Source: an uncultured Pseudomonadota bacterium (lineage in GTDB: Bacteria > Myxococcota_A > Polyangia > Fen-1088). From it: a DNA stretch of 64,000 bases. Every line of letters begins with the position of its first letter. Within the stretch, counting starts at the first letter, position 1. Both the position numbers and the translations under genes were made by a program. Below are positions 62,234-64,000 of this stretch, piece after piece. The stretch is from assembly GCA_963847705.1 (NCBI GenBank), contig CAWKBC010000032.1, positions 64,001-128,000 on the forward strand, given 5' to 3'. The notes below the pieces were generated by a model, which had not been told where the DNA came from, did not search any database, and saw only the letters and a program-made list of their open reading frames with translations.

Positions 62234-62764
<531 letters not shown>

Positions 62765-62797
62765 GAAAAGTCTGCGTCCTCTAGGGTCGGCGCGCGC

Positions 62798-63169
62798 CTA
62801 CAGATCGGCGCGGAGTGCGGGGGCCGACAGGCGCATCAAATAGCGCGCCCGCCCCAGGTTGCCGGTCGGCAGGATGGCGCACGCCAGAAAGTACTCCGGG
62901 GTCAGCAGGCGTACCACCAGGGTCATCTTGTCGGTGCGCAGGGTGAACTCTTCCAGGGCCCCGGCGTCGACCGACTCCAGCGTCCGGCGGGCCTGGGCGA
63001 TGAGGTGGGCGAACTCCATCGACAGCGTCTGGATGTCGGGCCCCCCGGCCGCGGCCTCCTTCGAGGAGATGTCGACCGTGATGCCGTCGAATCCCATGAG
63101 CGCGCAGGACACCGCGCCTTCGATCCCGTTCACAAGCTTCTCGATGCTTTCGCGAAAAGGGCTCGCCAT
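62798..63169 (-). CDS. mglC: Roadblock/LC7 protein MglC
   Basis: MGFDGI (the F-D-I surface of M. xanthus MglC), YFL...GNLGRARY; upstream of accB-accC as in M. xanthus. Confidence 0.8.
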   Translation of the reverse strand: MASPFRESIEKLVNGIEGAVSCALMGFDGITVDISSKEAAAGGPDIQTLSMEFAHLIAQARRTLESVDAGALEEFTLRTDKMTLVVRLLTPEYFLACAILPTGNLGRARYLMRLSAPALRADL

Positions 63170-63206
63170 GGTCGCCTTGGGCTTGTACTCGCTCGGGATT
63201 CGGGGG

Positions 63207-64000
63207 TCAAGCTTCCGGGACGCCCAACCCTGACGCGATCTGCTGGGGTGTCAAGTCGCGCAGCAGGGTCTCCCCGGGTTTGGGGCAAAGGACGAAGCGG
63301 ATCGTGCTGCCGCGGCGCTTCTTGTCGACGGTGACGCGCGACATGACCTCGGCGTCGAGGCGCCGCGCCAGATCGACCGGCAGCGACAGCCGCGCCAGGA
63401 GCGCCACCGCCCGCTCGGCGAGCGCCCGCGGCCCCACCCCCAGCGCGCTCCCCAGCTCCAGCGCGGCGACCATCCCCAGCCCCACCGCCTCCCCGTGAAG
63501 CAGGCCATAGTTCGACGCCGACTCCAGCGCGTGACCCACGGTGTGGCCGAAGTTCAGGATGGCGCGCCGCCCCGACTCCGTCTCGTCCTCGGCCACCACC
63601 TCGGCCTTCACGCGCACCGCGCGCGCCACCAGCTCGCGCACCAGCTCGGGCGAAAGGTCCGGGGCATTCTTCTCCACCAGCTCGAGGATGGTGGGATCGG
63701 CGATGAACCCGCACTTGATGACCTCGGCCAACCCCGCGGCCCGCTCGCGCAGCGGCAAGGTCTCGAGAAACCCCAGGTCGGCGATCACCGCCTTCGGCTG
63801 GTGGAACGCGCCGACCAGGTTCTTCCCCGCCGCCAGATCGACCCCTGTCTTGCCGCCCACCGAGGCGTCGACCATGGCCAGCAGGGTCGTCGGAATCGTG
63901 GCGAACTGGACGCCGCGCAGGTAGACCGCGGCGGCGAACCCGGCGTGGTCGGTCGTCGCGCCGCCGCCGATGCCGACGATGGCGGCGCGCCGATCGTAGC
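63207..64000 (-). CDS. aroB: 3-dehydroquinate synthase (5'-truncated by the window edge)
   Basis: PTTLLAMVDASVGGKTG, KNLVGAFHQP, LNFGHTVGHALE, HGEAV, DKK. Confidence 0.95.
   Translation of the reverse strand, partial: YDRRAAIVGIGGGATTDHAGFAAAVYLRGVQFATIPTTLLAMVDASVGGKTGVDLAAGKNLVGAFHQPKAVIADLGFLETLPLRERAAGLAEVIKCGFIADPTILELVEKNAPDLSPELVRELVARAVRVKAEVVAEDETESGRRAILNFGHTVGHALESASNYGLLHGEAVGLGMVAALELGSALGVGPRALAERAVALLARLSLPVDLARRLDAEVMSRVTVDKKRRGSTIRFVLCPKPGETLLRDLTPQQIASGLGVPEA

Overview
This is a GC-rich (about 70%) chromosomal window from a myxobacterium (Myxococcota, probably Polyangia-like). The assignment rests on a MYXO-CTERM protein, mglC and sgmX homologues, a PilZ protein, eukaryotic-like Ser/Thr kinases and many Cys-rich lipoproteins. 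Housekeeping blocks are pepN (partial), mutS2, thrB-like, pspA, holB-ricT-metG, icd-mdh-sucC-sucD-ndk, rlmN, hemF and aroB(partial)-mglC-accB-accC-sgmX. Accessory content is mostly cell-surface genes: two divergent CotH-kinase lipoproteins, a vWA lipoprotein divergent from a 1862-aa 12-repeat Cys-rich lipoprotein, and an FGE-domain lipoprotein plus vWA/MYXO-CTERM pair between ndk and rlmN. There is also an orphan FliA-like sigma/SctI-like/SctJ trio. The most striking non-coding signal is a dispersed two-module palindromic repeat family (REP/BIME-like) at four loci (17116, 27235, 47484, 61999). It shows compensatory base changes, always abuts a stop or start codon, and in one case supplies the accC start codon. 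Other observations: many genes look leaderless, metG has an internal low-GC patch, and two single-base frameshifts (treZ, DUF1345) may be assembly errors. I saw no tRNA, rRNA, CRISPR array, transposase or integrase. All family calls are from motif recognition, not database searches.
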